A stretch of DNA of 61,468 nucleotides from a virus (taxonomy: Duplodnaviria; Caudoviricetes), in the IMG/VR virus record IMGVR_UViG_3300012924_000002, positions 1 to 61,468 of that record; one strand, 5' to 3'. The translations under genes and the position numbers were made by a program. Shown one piece after another: positions 9,736 to 18,446 of the stretch. The notes under the pieces were generated by a model. That model was given only the letters and a program-made list of their open reading frames with translations, was not told the DNA's origin and made no database searches. Each line of letters begins with the position of its first letter. Within the stretch, counting starts at the first letter, position 1.

Positions 9736-10137
9736 ATGGGCGAACACAACCGGCAAATCACCTGCCCCTGGTGTCGCAGCACCCACGGCCGTCGATTCCT
9801 GTGTGACCCCGCGGCGACTGTCCTCGTCGAGGCCGGCCGCCGCGGCGAGAGCGGCAACCTGCCCACCATCGCATTCGACGAACCCGTCCAAGGCGTCGTC
9901 GACCCGAAGGCCGACACGCTGATAGCCCAGTTCGTCGTGAAGGGCGCCACCCTCCCCGGGCCGGGCGGCGTCATCCACCCGGCGCTCGTCTTCACCGGCA
10001 TGGACGCCACTTTCCGCGCGCTACCCCAGTGGATCTATCCCGGCTCCGACCAGGAGCTACGACGAGCGGCGCCGCTCGTCAAGAGCATGACCGACCTGGC
10101 CATTGCACAGGCCAACCGGCTGAACGGGAAGCGGTGA
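9736..10137 (+). CDS. Hypothetical protein (N-terminal CxxC)
   Basis: Tightly packed operon ORF. Confidence 0.65.
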   Translation: MGEHNRQITCPWCRSTHGRRFLCDPAATVLVEAGRRGESGNLPTIAFDEPVQGVVDPKADTLIAQFVVKGATLPGPGGVIHPALVFTGMDATFRALPQWIYPGSDQELRRAAPLVKSMTDLAIAQANRLNGKR

Positions 10138-10394
10138 GCGCCCGGGCGAAAGCGCCCCCCGTCGTCGAGCCGTGGCAGGAAACCGACTGGTCCGGCAACG
10201 GGCCGTACGGCGCTGCCACCCTGCTCAAACACCCACAGCCGTGTGCTGCCTGCAAAAAGCCTGCGTGGCTGCTGTCGCCGCGCAAAAAGGTGGCCATGCA
10301 CAAAACCTGTGCGGAGCAGGCCGTGATCGCTGTCTGCCTGGGTGGAATCCTCGCAACACTCGGCCAGGATGTAACGCGTCGAGCGTTACAGTAG
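10134..10394 (+). CDS. Hypothetical Zn-finger protein
   Basis: GTGA overlap; CxxC...HxxC. Confidence 0.6.
   Translation: MSARAKAPPVVEPWQETDWSGNGPYGAATLLKHPQPCAACKKPAWLLSPRKKVAMHKTCAEQAVIAVCLGGILATLGQDVTRRALQ
10370..10392 (+). promoter_or_regulatory. 21-bp inverted-repeat motif ending in a -10-like TACAGT
   Basis: TGTAACGCGTCGAGCGTTACA; member of a genome-wide motif family. Confidence 0.65.
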
Positions 10395-10428
10395 GGGTGG
10401 ACCTGCCGCCTAGCCGAAAGCCGCCACC

Positions 10429-10917
10429 ATGTCCGATCCCACAGTGCGACATTGGGTCTGCCCCGAATGCCACAGCCACCAGCCGCTACAGGCGGACGGG
10501 CGTCTCTACCCGCACGCAGCCAACGACGCCGCCGGTAACCGATGCCCCGGAAGCTACGACTACCCGAACCGGGTCGTGTCCGGTCGCTACAGCGAGGGCA
10601 GCCAGTTCGAGTCCTGCCCGGCCGCCACCGGCGAACCCGCATTCGAAGTGCAGCGGTGCGGCGACTTTCCCGACGGAGCCCACCGGTGTGCGCTCGGCCG
10701 GGCGCACATCAAGCAGTCCGCTGAAGCCTCCGACCTGGACGGAGCCACCCATCGATGCACCTGCGGCTGGGGATGGTTCTCCGTCGAAGGCACCCCGGCC
10801 GCGCTCATCACCTCGCTAGCTAGCCCCACCCAACGGGCACCCGACTCGCGCAAACACGAAACCCGGCATGTGGCCGGCGTCGGCAACCTGTGCGTGAAAT
10901 GCGGGAAGGTCGCCTAG
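10429..10917 (+). CDS. Cys/His-rich hypothetical protein
   Basis: Several CxxC and H-C clusters; abuts the next gene. Confidence 0.65.
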   Translation: MSDPTVRHWVCPECHSHQPLQADGRLYPHAANDAAGNRCPGSYDYPNRVVSGRYSEGSQFESCPAATGEPAFEVQRCGDFPDGAHRCALGRAHIKQSAEASDLDGATHRCTCGWGWFSVEGTPAALITSLASPTQRAPDSRKHETRHVAGVGNLCVKCGKVA

Positions 10918-11286
10918 ATGGCCACCATCGGCTACCGGCTCCGCGAACAGCACGAGCCTTCCTGGCGGTGCGACGACCTGCACTGCTACAGCCACAACGT
11001 CGACGAGCTACGCATCGGCCGCCCGTACCGGGTGTGCGGTGAATGCTTCCACGTCTACCCCACCCGGTATGCCCTGCGACGCGACTACCGGCGGGGAGGT
11101 CGGCGGGTCTACTGGGAAGACGTCAAGACCCCGCTACTCCCGCCGCCCGCGCTGTGGGTTGCCATGGGGATGAAACCGCAGGGCAAAACCCGTGCCCGCC
11201 TGAACTCGCTGGTCATGATGATCCGACCCGTGTTCCTCAAAACCCGGAATATCACGTTCTGCCCGCACTGCATCCACGACTTCTGA
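10918..11286 (+). CDS. Hypothetical Zn-binding protein
   Basis: CGECFH and CPHC.HDF. Confidence 0.65.
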   Translation: MATIGYRLREQHEPSWRCDDLHCYSHNVDELRIGRPYRVCGECFHVYPTRYALRRDYRRGGRRVYWEDVKTPLLPPPALWVAMGMKPQGKTRARLNSLVMMIRPVFLKTRNITFCPHCIHDF

Positions 11287-11298
11287 GGAGATCAGGCA

Positions 11299-11682
11299 GT
11301 GATCTACACCCTCGGCCTGGCCGCGCTCGTCGCCAATATCTGGGCCTGGATCATCACCATATGGTGCGTACTGGACATCATTCAACACCACGCCGGGAGC
11401 CGGGAAGTCTTTGCGGGACCTGGTCGAAGGCTCGCGGACCTACATCGTGAGATCCGACCGTTCGCCCTACCCGGGATACTCGTCATCCTCTCCCGAGACG
11501 TTCGAGGTCACCATTGGGTAGGCGCCGTCGTATGCATGGTCTCGCTTTACGTGTGGTGGATCAGCCGTAACTGGCCGGACGACCACGACGAGCGCTGGAA
11601 GAAACGGGCGAAACGTCTCGGTGAGGCAGTCAAACGCCAAGGCGCGAAACTGGCCGTCGTACCCGACGAGGCGCCGGCATGA
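11299..11682 (+). CDS. Membrane protein
   Basis: GAGGAG RBS; about 3 TM segments. Confidence 0.65.
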   Translation: MIYTLGLAALVANIWAWIITIWCVLDIIQHHAGSREVFAGPGRRLADLHREIRPFALPGILVILSRDVRGHHWVGAVVCMVSLYVWWISRNWPDDHDERWKKRAKRLGEAVKRQGAKLAVVPDEAPA

Positions 11683-12236
11683 CCATCCAAATCAGGCGCC
11701 GCTACGTACTGCTGCACGCCGAACGCGAAAGCGCCTGGCAGGCATACACCCAGGCCATGGAACCCACCCGGGCGCTCGCCGCGCAGCGACACATGCTCAC
11801 CCGAGAAGAGTTCGACGGAATCTGCTGGAACGGCCGCATCTCTAAAGCGCTCGCAGTCGACACCGACACGGGGAACGTCGTGGGGATCGCCGTGTACACC
11901 CGACACCTCGACGCCTACGACTGGATCGAACCCGCCTACTTCGAGCGGCGCTGGCCCGACGCCTACAAGCGGGAAGCGATCATCTACGTCCTGTTCGTCA
12001 TCGCCACCGAAGCCGCCCCGCCCGAAGTGTTCACGAAACTGGTGAACACCGTCGTAGCCAAGATCAGAGCACTCTGCGGCGTCGGCGCGCTCGACTGGTC
12101 CCAAGCCCGAGTAGACCGAGGTCTAGCCCGAGCCGCGCGGCTCATCATCGCCCGGCAGCAGCCCATCGTCGCCGAACACATCGACACGCAGCACTTCCAC
12201 ACCTACGAATTTGACTGGGAGCACACCACCTCATGA
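11679..12236 (+). CDS. Hypothetical protein, possibly GNAT-fold
   Basis: ATGA overlaps; LAVDTDTGNVVGIAVY beta pattern; fold is a guess. Confidence 0.5.
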   Translation: MTIQIRRRYVLLHAERESAWQAYTQAMEPTRALAAQRHMLTREEFDGICWNGRISKALAVDTDTGNVVGIAVYTRHLDAYDWIEPAYFERRWPDAYKREAIIYVLFVIATEAAPPEVFTKLVNTVVAKIRALCGVGALDWSQARVDRGLARAARLIIARQQPIVAEHIDTQHFHTYEFDWEHTTS

Positions 12237-12517
12237 ACAAGCGAACCGCGCTCGCCGCGCTCACCGTCACAGCGCTCGCGCTCGGTGGCTGCGGTAACTC
12301 CAACCAGAAGTCCCTGAGCGAACCCGTCTCCAACCACTACCTCACCGGACAGATCGTGTTCATGGAACCTGACGGGTTCCGCAATGTCGCGTTCGGCTGC
12401 AACGGCACCGTCGGCGTGTACGTCACCTCCCGCGGCGTGTACAACGCCAGCGGCTCCAACATCACGGCGCTACCCTCAGGCATCGCGGTGATCCCCGCCG
12501 ACCCCAACTGCAAGTAG
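12233..12517 (+). CDS. Lipoprotein
   Basis: Signal peptide with lipobox LGGC. Confidence 0.75.
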   Translation: MNKRTALAALTVTALALGGCGNSNQKSLSEPVSNHYLTGQIVFMEPDGFRNVAFGCNGTVGVYVTSRGVYNASGSNITALPSGIAVIPADPNCK

Positions 12518-12619
12518 GGGCGACGTGCCCGCCACACACCGCTGCGACACCTACGGCAACACCACCCGGCACCGCAACCCGACCTGACCCTGCAGACCTC
12601 ACGAGGAGAGACGAGAAAA

Positions 12620-12868
12620 GTGGACATCGAAGCACAGAGCGAGATCCTGCTAGGTGTCAGCCTGGAACAACTCGCGCAGCTAGTCTCAGGCGAGTTCAAA
12701 GACGGCACCGTGTCGGTGCCGCTCACAGGGCAAGTCGGGCCGATCAACAAGCAGCCGCTCACGTTCGGCGAACACAAGCTCGGCGACTACGGCGTGGCCA
12801 GCGTTAGCGACTGCTCCTGCGGCCGCGCTGAAACGCACTACGTCGTCACCCTCGCCAGGGTCGAATAG
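12620..12868 (+). CDS. Hypothetical protein
   Basis: GAGGAG RBS; abuts the next gene. Confidence 0.6.
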   Translation: MDIEAQSEILLGVSLEQLAQLVSGEFKDGTVSVPLTGQVGPINKQPLTFGEHKLGDYGVASVSDCSCGRAETHYVVTLARVE

Positions 12869-13297
12869 ATGACCAAGAGGCCCACCCGTGAAGACGCCGG
12901 CCGCACCCACGACGTGCCACCCTCAGCGCTACCCGAGACACAGTGTTGGCTGGACACGTGCCGCAACACCGGACACGTCGTGCTCTACGCCTCCAGCGAC
13001 AAGCTCGGCGGTCAGCCCACCACACCACGGCAACCCGTGGTGTTCTGCCTACACCACGGGGGGGAGATCTACGACGTGGCCCATGCCTGGAAAAACAGGA
13101 GCCGCCCCCTACGAGAAGACGGGGCCATCCCCTACACGACAGGCCCAGGGCGAGGGGCCTGGGCCATCTGCCCCAACTGGCTGATAGCCGACCTGCGCAA
13201 CAACCGGCTACCACGTACCAGCCCCGACCCCGCAGGATGGCAGCCCGCCTCCACCGTGGCCACAGCACGACGGTGGACAACAGGCAAACCACGATGA
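12869..13297 (+). CDS. Hypothetical protein
   Basis: Starts directly after the upstream stop. Confidence 0.6.
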   Translation: MTKRPTREDAGRTHDVPPSALPETQCWLDTCRNTGHVVLYASSDKLGGQPTTPRQPVVFCLHHGGEIYDVAHAWKNRSRPLREDGAIPYTTGPGRGAWAICPNWLIADLRNNRLPRTSPDPAGWQPASTVATARRWTTGKPR

Positions 13298-13377
13298 GAG
13301 ACATGACCACCGCACTCATCGCAGTACTCATCGCCATCACCGTTGTCGTCGCCTTCGTGCACCACTACCTGCTATAG
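13294..13377 (+). CDS. 27-aa single-TM peptide
   Basis: ATGA overlap; MRDMTTALIAVLIAITVVVAFVHHYLL; precedes a terminator hairpin. Confidence 0.5.
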   Translation: MRDMTTALIAVLIAITVVVAFVHHYLL

Positions 13378-13395
13378 ACCACACACCATCCCCAA

Positions 13396-13437
13396 CACTG
13401 CAGCCCTCCACGACGTCACCCATGGAGGGCTGCAGTG
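13396..13437 (+). terminator. 15-bp hairpin ending the plus-strand operon
   Basis: CACTGCAGCCCTCCA / TGGAGGGCTGCAGTG. Confidence 0.7.
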
Positions 13438-13814
13438 CGTCCACCCACATCCCGACCGATGCATAACTATCAATGCGGAACGACGCGCGAACGATCACCT
13501 TCCACTAGCCCGAAGATGGTGACACGCAGTGATGAACACGGAGAGTCATAAGCGCAGGTCAAAGGTACTGAGACCACCGTTTTTTAGCGCCGCCGCAGCC
13601 TCGACGCGCGCCGCGCTGATCACTTATATATACGCAGCGCAACTTTCACGGATCCCGCGGGCTGCATAACCACTCATGACCGCATAACGCCTGGTCAGGG
13701 CCTTGCGAAAGTGTCCGGTTCACCCCTTGACAAAGCCTGATGTCACGCTCAGCGAACCATAATCCCCGGACCCGGCAGTTTCACGTAGCGTGACCAGGGA
13801 GGCTCGCGCCTGGC

Positions 13815-14021
13815 TTACGGTGTGTGACTGCGTTTTGCGGGGCATCTCGGGTCGGTTTCCGGCCGGGGCATGACCTCGATGCGCCAGTGGTGGCGTGAGA
13901 GGTGCTTGGCTTCGTCGATGGTTGAGGCGGCTGGCCAGGAGGTGTGCACCTCAAGGAGCTCACCCATTCCGGCGGCCTCCACCAGTGCCCGGATACTCTC
14001 GGCCAGCTCGGAGCGGGTCAC
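13815..14021 (-). CDS. Hypothetical protein
   Basis: GTGA overlap with the upstream gene. Confidence 0.55.
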   Translation of the reverse strand: MTRSELAESIRALVEAAGMGELLEVHTSWPAASTIDEAKHLSRHHWRIEVMPRPETDPRCPAKRSHTP

Positions 14022-14503
14022 AGCGGATCGTGTCCAGCTGCGATGCCTCGCCGCTCAAGCAGCCAGGCTGTGCGGGCGTTCAGCGACACGGTTATCGGGG
14101 TGATCGGCGGGAACGTGTACCGGCCGTGGATCGGGCAATGGTCGAGGTGGCAGGCGGATCGGTTCTCTCGGCCGAAGACCCACGGCGGGAACGCTGGGAT
14201 CTCCTCGCAGCGGCAGCGGGGTTGTACCAGCGGGTTCGGCCAGCTTGAGTCGTACTCCGTCCAGATACCTTTGATCTTCACGTCGGATGCGAGAAGCACC
14301 CGGATCGGGAACCGGAAGCCGGGCCAGATCAGCCGCTCGATCGTGTAGAGCGTCATCGGCGGCTTCTCGGCGAGTGGATTCAGCTCCTCGGCGGCGACGA
14401 ACTTGACCGAGCGGATCTCTGGCACGACCAAGCCCCGGGACCGGGTATCGACGTCGTACCAGCGGTCGTGGGCGTGACCGCCGATACAGCGCATCCAGGT
14501 CAT
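14018..14503 (-). CDS. Hypothetical protein
   Basis: Overlap-coupled; CIGG.AH N-terminus, CPIHG. Confidence 0.6.
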   Translation of the reverse strand: MTWMRCIGGHAHDRWYDVDTRSRGLVVPEIRSVKFVAAEELNPLAEKPPMTLYTIERLIWPGFRFPIRVLLASDVKIKGIWTEYDSSWPNPLVQPRCRCEEIPAFPPWVFGRENRSACHLDHCPIHGRYTFPPITPITVSLNARTAWLLERRGIAAGHDPL

Positions 14504-14616
14504 CGCAGGCCGCCAGAGTCGATCCAGTTGAATCGGATGCAGTACCGCCGACCATGACGCCCGGGAATTTGGATCTCGAATCCGGGAAGCCAGCGCATCG
14601 GCTTGTGGCGCTTCAC
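14500..14616 (-). CDS. 38-aa hypothetical protein (not in ORF track)
   Basis: 4-bp start/stop overlaps at both ends; MKRHKPMRWLPGFEIQIPGRHGRRYCIRFNWIDSGGLR. Confidence 0.55.
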   Translation of the reverse strand: MKRHKPMRWLPGFEIQIPGRHGRRYCIRFNWIDSGGLR

Positions 14617-15017
14617 CGGCGCGCCCGCTTCCGGAGCTTGTCCGCCCAATGCTTCGCGAGCGCCTTCACGGTCGGCGCCGGCGCCGGCGGCGGGAAGATC
14701 ATCGGATCAGGTTTGTAGACGTTGATCGTTCGACCAAGTGTGGCCTGATGGCGGATCGACGCGTCGATGTCGGTTTCGGCGACCAGGTGGATCCGCCCCG
14801 GCTGGACACTGGTCGTAATGCGCACGGGGAAGCCGAGCAGCCTGTCATCGTTAGGCGGATAGGCGGTCGGGGTATTCACCCCGCCGTCAGGGCGCTGCAG
14901 TTCGATGGCAGTGTCCGGGTGGATGTGCCACTCGGCCCACTTCTCGTCCCGCGGGTCATGCTCGATCAGTTTGTAGCGCTGGCGCATCGCATCGGTCAGC
15001 ATTTCGGCAGGTGTCAC
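14613..15017 (-). CDS. Hypothetical protein, probably leaderless
   Basis: TATCAT -10 box 7 nt before the GTG. Confidence 0.6.
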   Translation of the reverse strand: MTPAEMLTDAMRQRYKLIEHDPRDEKWAEWHIHPDTAIELQRPDGGVNTPTAYPPNDDRLLGFPVRITTSVQPGRIHLVAETDIDASIRHQATLGRTINVYKPDPMIFPPPAPAPTVKALAKHWADKLRKRARR

Positions 15018-15309
15018 GCGCCGAATGATACAACCGGTCGTCGGCTGAACCGCCCCGCCGGACTTTCACCGACGCCCCGGCCGCACGGGGACTTCGGGCA
15101 GCCCACCTGAACCGGCCGGTGATCAACCCGGTCGCCACGACTGGTCGATCGTACGCTGCGGTGCAGACGATCGTGTTGCCTCAGCTCGGGAGATGACGGG
15201 GGACCGTGATTCCCCGGTCGGTTCCTTGCCGGATCGACACCTTGGGTCCAAGCGCTTAGAGCCCGCAGGCTGCGTCCCCTCCAGCCCCGGTCAATCGTAC
15301 GCTGAGGCC

Positions 15310-15768
15310 ATGAGCTACGACGAGCCGACGGAGTGGCTAGGCCACGGGGCGCGGGACCGCAGCGGCTGGCCGAACCGCACGTTCGAGCCGGACCCCGCGG
15401 GGCCACGGTCGCATCGGGCCGCGGAGGTCACGGAAGCGTTCGAGCGACGGGCGGAATGGATCGGCGTGCAGTTCCCGCCGCCGGGTGTGCAGCAGAAGAT
15501 CGTCGACACGGGTGAGTTCCGGGCACCGTACGAGGACGAGATGCCGACGGACCCGGCGATCCGTGGTCCGCTGCGGGGGCCGGGTCAGGGTCGGCGGGTG
15601 ATCCGCCCACGGTTCACGCTGACCCGGGAAGACGACCCACTGTGGCGGGTCAGCTTGTGGCTGGGCGTGCTGCTGAAGGTGTTAGGGATCGTCGCCTTGG
15701 TGGGTGTGATCTGGGTGCTTGCGGTGGCGATCCGTTCCGGGGGTGTGCCAATATGGGTTCCGAGGTAG
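15310..15768 (+). CDS. Membrane protein, probably leaderless
   Basis: TACGCT 6 nt before the ATG; C-terminal TM helix. Confidence 0.6.
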   Translation: MSYDEPTEWLGHGARDRSGWPNRTFEPDPAGPRSHRAAEVTEAFERRAEWIGVQFPPPGVQQKIVDTGEFRAPYEDEMPTDPAIRGPLRGPGQGRRVIRPRFTLTREDDPLWRVSLWLGVLLKVLGIVALVGVIWVLAVAIRSGGVPIWVPR

Positions 15769-15866
15769 CAGGTCCGGCGGCTTGGCGTCCTCAGCGAAAG
15801 CCCGGAGTTCCCCTGGTCGTGTCGGCAGTCAAGGCCGGGGTCGAGCGCCGGGCTTTCGACCGTTCG

Positions 15867-16238
15867 CTACCTGGTGTCGCGCCGCAAGTCCGTCAGGGTG
15901 TCTTCGATCCCGGCGACTTCCCGGCGTGCTTTCGCTCCGCTACGAACCACCATTTCCGGTGGGATCGGGTTTTCCGGGTCGGGGGTTCGGCCGGCGGCGC
16001 GTAGCTGGAACGAGTAGTTCCCGGAGATGGCCCGCCAGTACTCGGAAACCCGGCGTTCGTGCTCAAGTCGGGTCTCGGCGTCGGTGCGGGCGCTGGCGAG
16101 GTCTCTCACCACGGCCCGGGTGTTAGCCCGGGCTCCGATCGACAACGACTTCCAGACTTTGATGCCTTGGGTGATGAATGCCGCGAACCCGCCGCCAACG
16201 ACGAAGGTGATGATCGCCTGCGTGGTGCTGCCGCTCAT
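15867..16238 (-). CDS. Lysis-cassette membrane protein (TM plus coiled coil)
   Basis: Coupled downstream of lysin and the holin-like gene. Confidence 0.65.
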   Translation of the reverse strand: MSGSTTQAIITFVVGGGFAAFITQGIKVWKSLSIGARANTRAVVRDLASARTDAETRLEHERRVSEYWRAISGNYSFQLRAAGRTPDPENPIPPEMVVRSGAKARREVAGIEDTLTDLRRDTR

Positions 16239-16687
16239 TGCTGCCCCTCGGCGTCGGCGTTGGCCTGTTTCGCTCGCCTCGTCGACTCGATGCGGAGTAG
16301 TGCCACCTCCTGCCAACGACTAGCGAGGATCCAGAAGAAACCGATGAGGAAAGCGCCGCCAGCGACGCCCGTGCTACCGCGGGCCAGGGAGGAGAACGCG
16401 AACACAGCCGCGGACAGGGCGAGCGGGGCGAGGCCGATATATTCGCCGACCCACCGGTCGCTGAGGGCTCCGAACGCGCACACGGTGGAGGACACGGCCA
16501 GCAGTATTGCCCACGCGTAGAGGACCAGGCCATGGTGTGTCGCCGCAGCGACACTTGCCGGCGGGGACACGACCGCGGCGATCCCGGACCCTGCGATCGC
16601 GAAGTAGGCGATGACCCGCGACCATCTGATCGCGGACATCGCGTGCCCAACCCAGGCCCCTCGGAGACTGAAGTGGGGGGCTCTCAC
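16235..16687 (-). CDS. Holin-like 4-TM protein (start may be 16639)
   Basis: Four hydrophobic helices directly after the endolysin. Confidence 0.65.
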   Translation of the reverse strand: MRAPHFSLRGAWVGHAMSAIRWSRVIAYFAIAGSGIAAVVSPPASVAAATHHGLVLYAWAILLAVSSTVCAFGALSDRWVGEYIGLAPLALSAAVFAFSSLARGSTGVAGGAFLIGFFWILASRWQEVALLRIESTRRAKQANADAEGQQ

Positions 16688-17844
16688 TGGCCCATAATGC
16701 CGGGTTGGCGCTGCTGACGGGTGGCCCTGGTCGCCGCATCGGAGTCAGCTGCTGCGGCGTCGTAGATCGGGGTCGCGCCGCCGCCGATCTGGGTCGAGGC
16801 GACCGGGGCGATGAGATCCCTGATGGCCTGTTCGATCGCTGTCGCCAGCTCGCCCGGATCCTCGTGGTTGATCAGCGGCGCCAGCTGCGGGGCGAGGGTG
16901 GATGCGAATGCGGCCATGTCGACGCTGCCAGGGTTCGCCCTCAGGTACGCGACGTCGGCCGCTACCGCATCGACCTTGCCGGGGAGCGAGTTCAGCGCAG
17001 CGGTGCGTCCGAAGATCATCCAGAGGGCTCCGAACAGCGTATTGCCCGAGTTGGCGTCAGGATTGATGTCGGCGTTACGCATGGCGGTGATGATCGCCTG
17101 CACGTCGTCGTCAGTGATGTTGCGTGCCATGGAATCTCCCAGCCATCCGGGGCACAGTATCGCCGCAAGCTGCGTCGGGGTGCCCTTGAAGCAGTTCACG
17201 TCAGTAGTCGGGTCACCGTTCACGAGGCCGTTCGCGGAGAACTGCGCGATCGTGGGGACGATACCGGAGTAGGCGGACCACCCGGTATAGCTGTCACCCG
17301 GGTAGATCGACGCTGCCGCACCCTTCGCGCTGGTGTATGCAGACGACCACAGCGGGAACCGCAGGCCGGCCAGGCTATTGCCGTACGCCCACCGGGGTGC
17401 GTACACGATCGGCATCAGGTTCGGGGCCAGCACGCGGAGCCGGTTCGCGCACGCAGCGATGTCCCCGAGGCCAGGCTTCGTTGCCGGGTTGCCCTGCCAC
17501 TCTTCGCAGTCCAGCTGCAGGATGAACGGGGTGTCCCGCCACCCGGGGCATTGGCTGTTGAGTCTGGCGATGAAGCTGTCACCGGCGCCCGAGCCGCGGC
17601 CCGGGTAGAGCACCCAGTACGCACCGGGCAGGATGTGACCGTTCAGCCCGGTGGGGTCGGACAGGAAATCTGCCCGGGAGGCCCGGTGGGGTTTCGTGTC
17701 CGCCCACCACGCGCCTAGTTCGAGGTCGTCGCTGTCACCCCCGGCCTTGTGGGTGATGCCCCGGAAGCCTTCGCTGATGATCTGCGCGGTGCCGGTAGCC
17801 ACGTCGTAGTGACTCTTGTCCAGCAGCCACATGTGGTTGATCAT
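16684..17844 (-). CDS. Endolysin, GH25 muramidase
   Basis: LLDKSHYD, HKAGG, GAYW, LQLDCEE, PIVY, LWSSAY, AQFS, DVN motifs. Confidence 0.85.
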   Translation of the reverse strand: MINHMWLLDKSHYDVATGTAQIISEGFRGITHKAGGDSDDLELGAWWADTKPHRASRADFLSDPTGLNGHILPGAYWVLYPGRGSGAGDSFIARLNSQCPGWRDTPFILQLDCEEWQGNPATKPGLGDIAACANRLRVLAPNLMPIVYAPRWAYGNSLAGLRFPLWSSAYTSAKGAAASIYPGDSYTGWSAYSGIVPTIAQFSANGLVNGDPTTDVNCFKGTPTQLAAILCPGWLGDSMARNITDDDVQAIITAMRNADINPDANSGNTLFGALWMIFGRTAALNSLPGKVDAVAADVAYLRANPGSVDMAAFASTLAPQLAPLINHEDPGELATAIEQAIRDLIAPVASTQIGGGATPIYDAAAADSDAATRATRQQRQPGIMGQ

Positions 17845-17851
17845 TTCGGCC

Positions 17852-18088
17852 TCAGATTCGGATCTCGTATACCTGCGCCCGGGCGCCGTCACTGTCACGT
17901 GTTTCGTACCGGTCCGTCGCCTCGGCCTTCGCCAGGGTGCCGGTGGCCGAAGTCGCCCCCGAGCCGACCGGGTGGCCGCCGATCTGCCAGCGGGTATACC
18001 AGCGGCCATCCATTCCGGGTGGCAGCAGCCGGGCTGACGCCTCATCGGCCGCGCGGATCACTACGAACTGGGTTGGTTCGTTGTCCAT
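17852..18088 (-). CDS. Hypothetical protein, probably leaderless
   Basis: TACCAT 6 nt before the ATG. Confidence 0.6.
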   Translation of the reverse strand: MDNEPTQFVVIRAADEASARLLPPGMDGRWYTRWQIGGHPVGSGATSATGTLAKAEATDRYETRDSDGARAQVYEIRI

Positions 18089-18107
18089 CCCCGGATGGTA
18101 GGCGAGA

Positions 18108-18446
18108 TCAGCCCGGCGCGTACCAGTCCCGGCTCGTCCCAACCCGGCGTTCGCCGGCGCCCTTCGACTGGTTGCACAGCCGGTGGCAGGTCGGGCAGCG
18201 GTTGTGCCCGGTGCGCCTGGTCCGGTCGGAGCCCATCGAACCGTGCGCCGGTTGCAGGTTCTGTACGCCATCGAAGCCGGGCAGCATTCGACCGGCATCG
18301 TCCACCGGCCAGCGCGGTTTTGGGATGATGTGATCCACCGTCAGCGCCCCGCGGTGCCCGCACAACCCACACAGGTCCGATGCTGCGAGGATCAGCACCC
18401 GGTTTTGCTGAAATTCCCGGGTACCGGAGCGGCCCGAACCGGTCAT
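18108..18446 (-). CDS. HNH endonuclease (packaging-associated type)
   Basis: CGLCGH...TVDHIIP...NLQPAH...CNQSKG. Confidence 0.9.
   Translation of the reverse strand: MTGSGRSGTREFQQNRVLILAASDLCGLCGHRGALTVDHIIPKPRWPVDDAGRMLPGFDGVQNLQPAHGSMGSDRTRRTGHNRCPTCHRLCNQSKGAGERRVGTSRDWYAPG

Noticed and set aside
13551-13566. CGCAGGTCA motif (also near 41880)
   Set aside because: Only two or three copies of a short motif common in actinobacterial intergenic DNA; no function can be supported.
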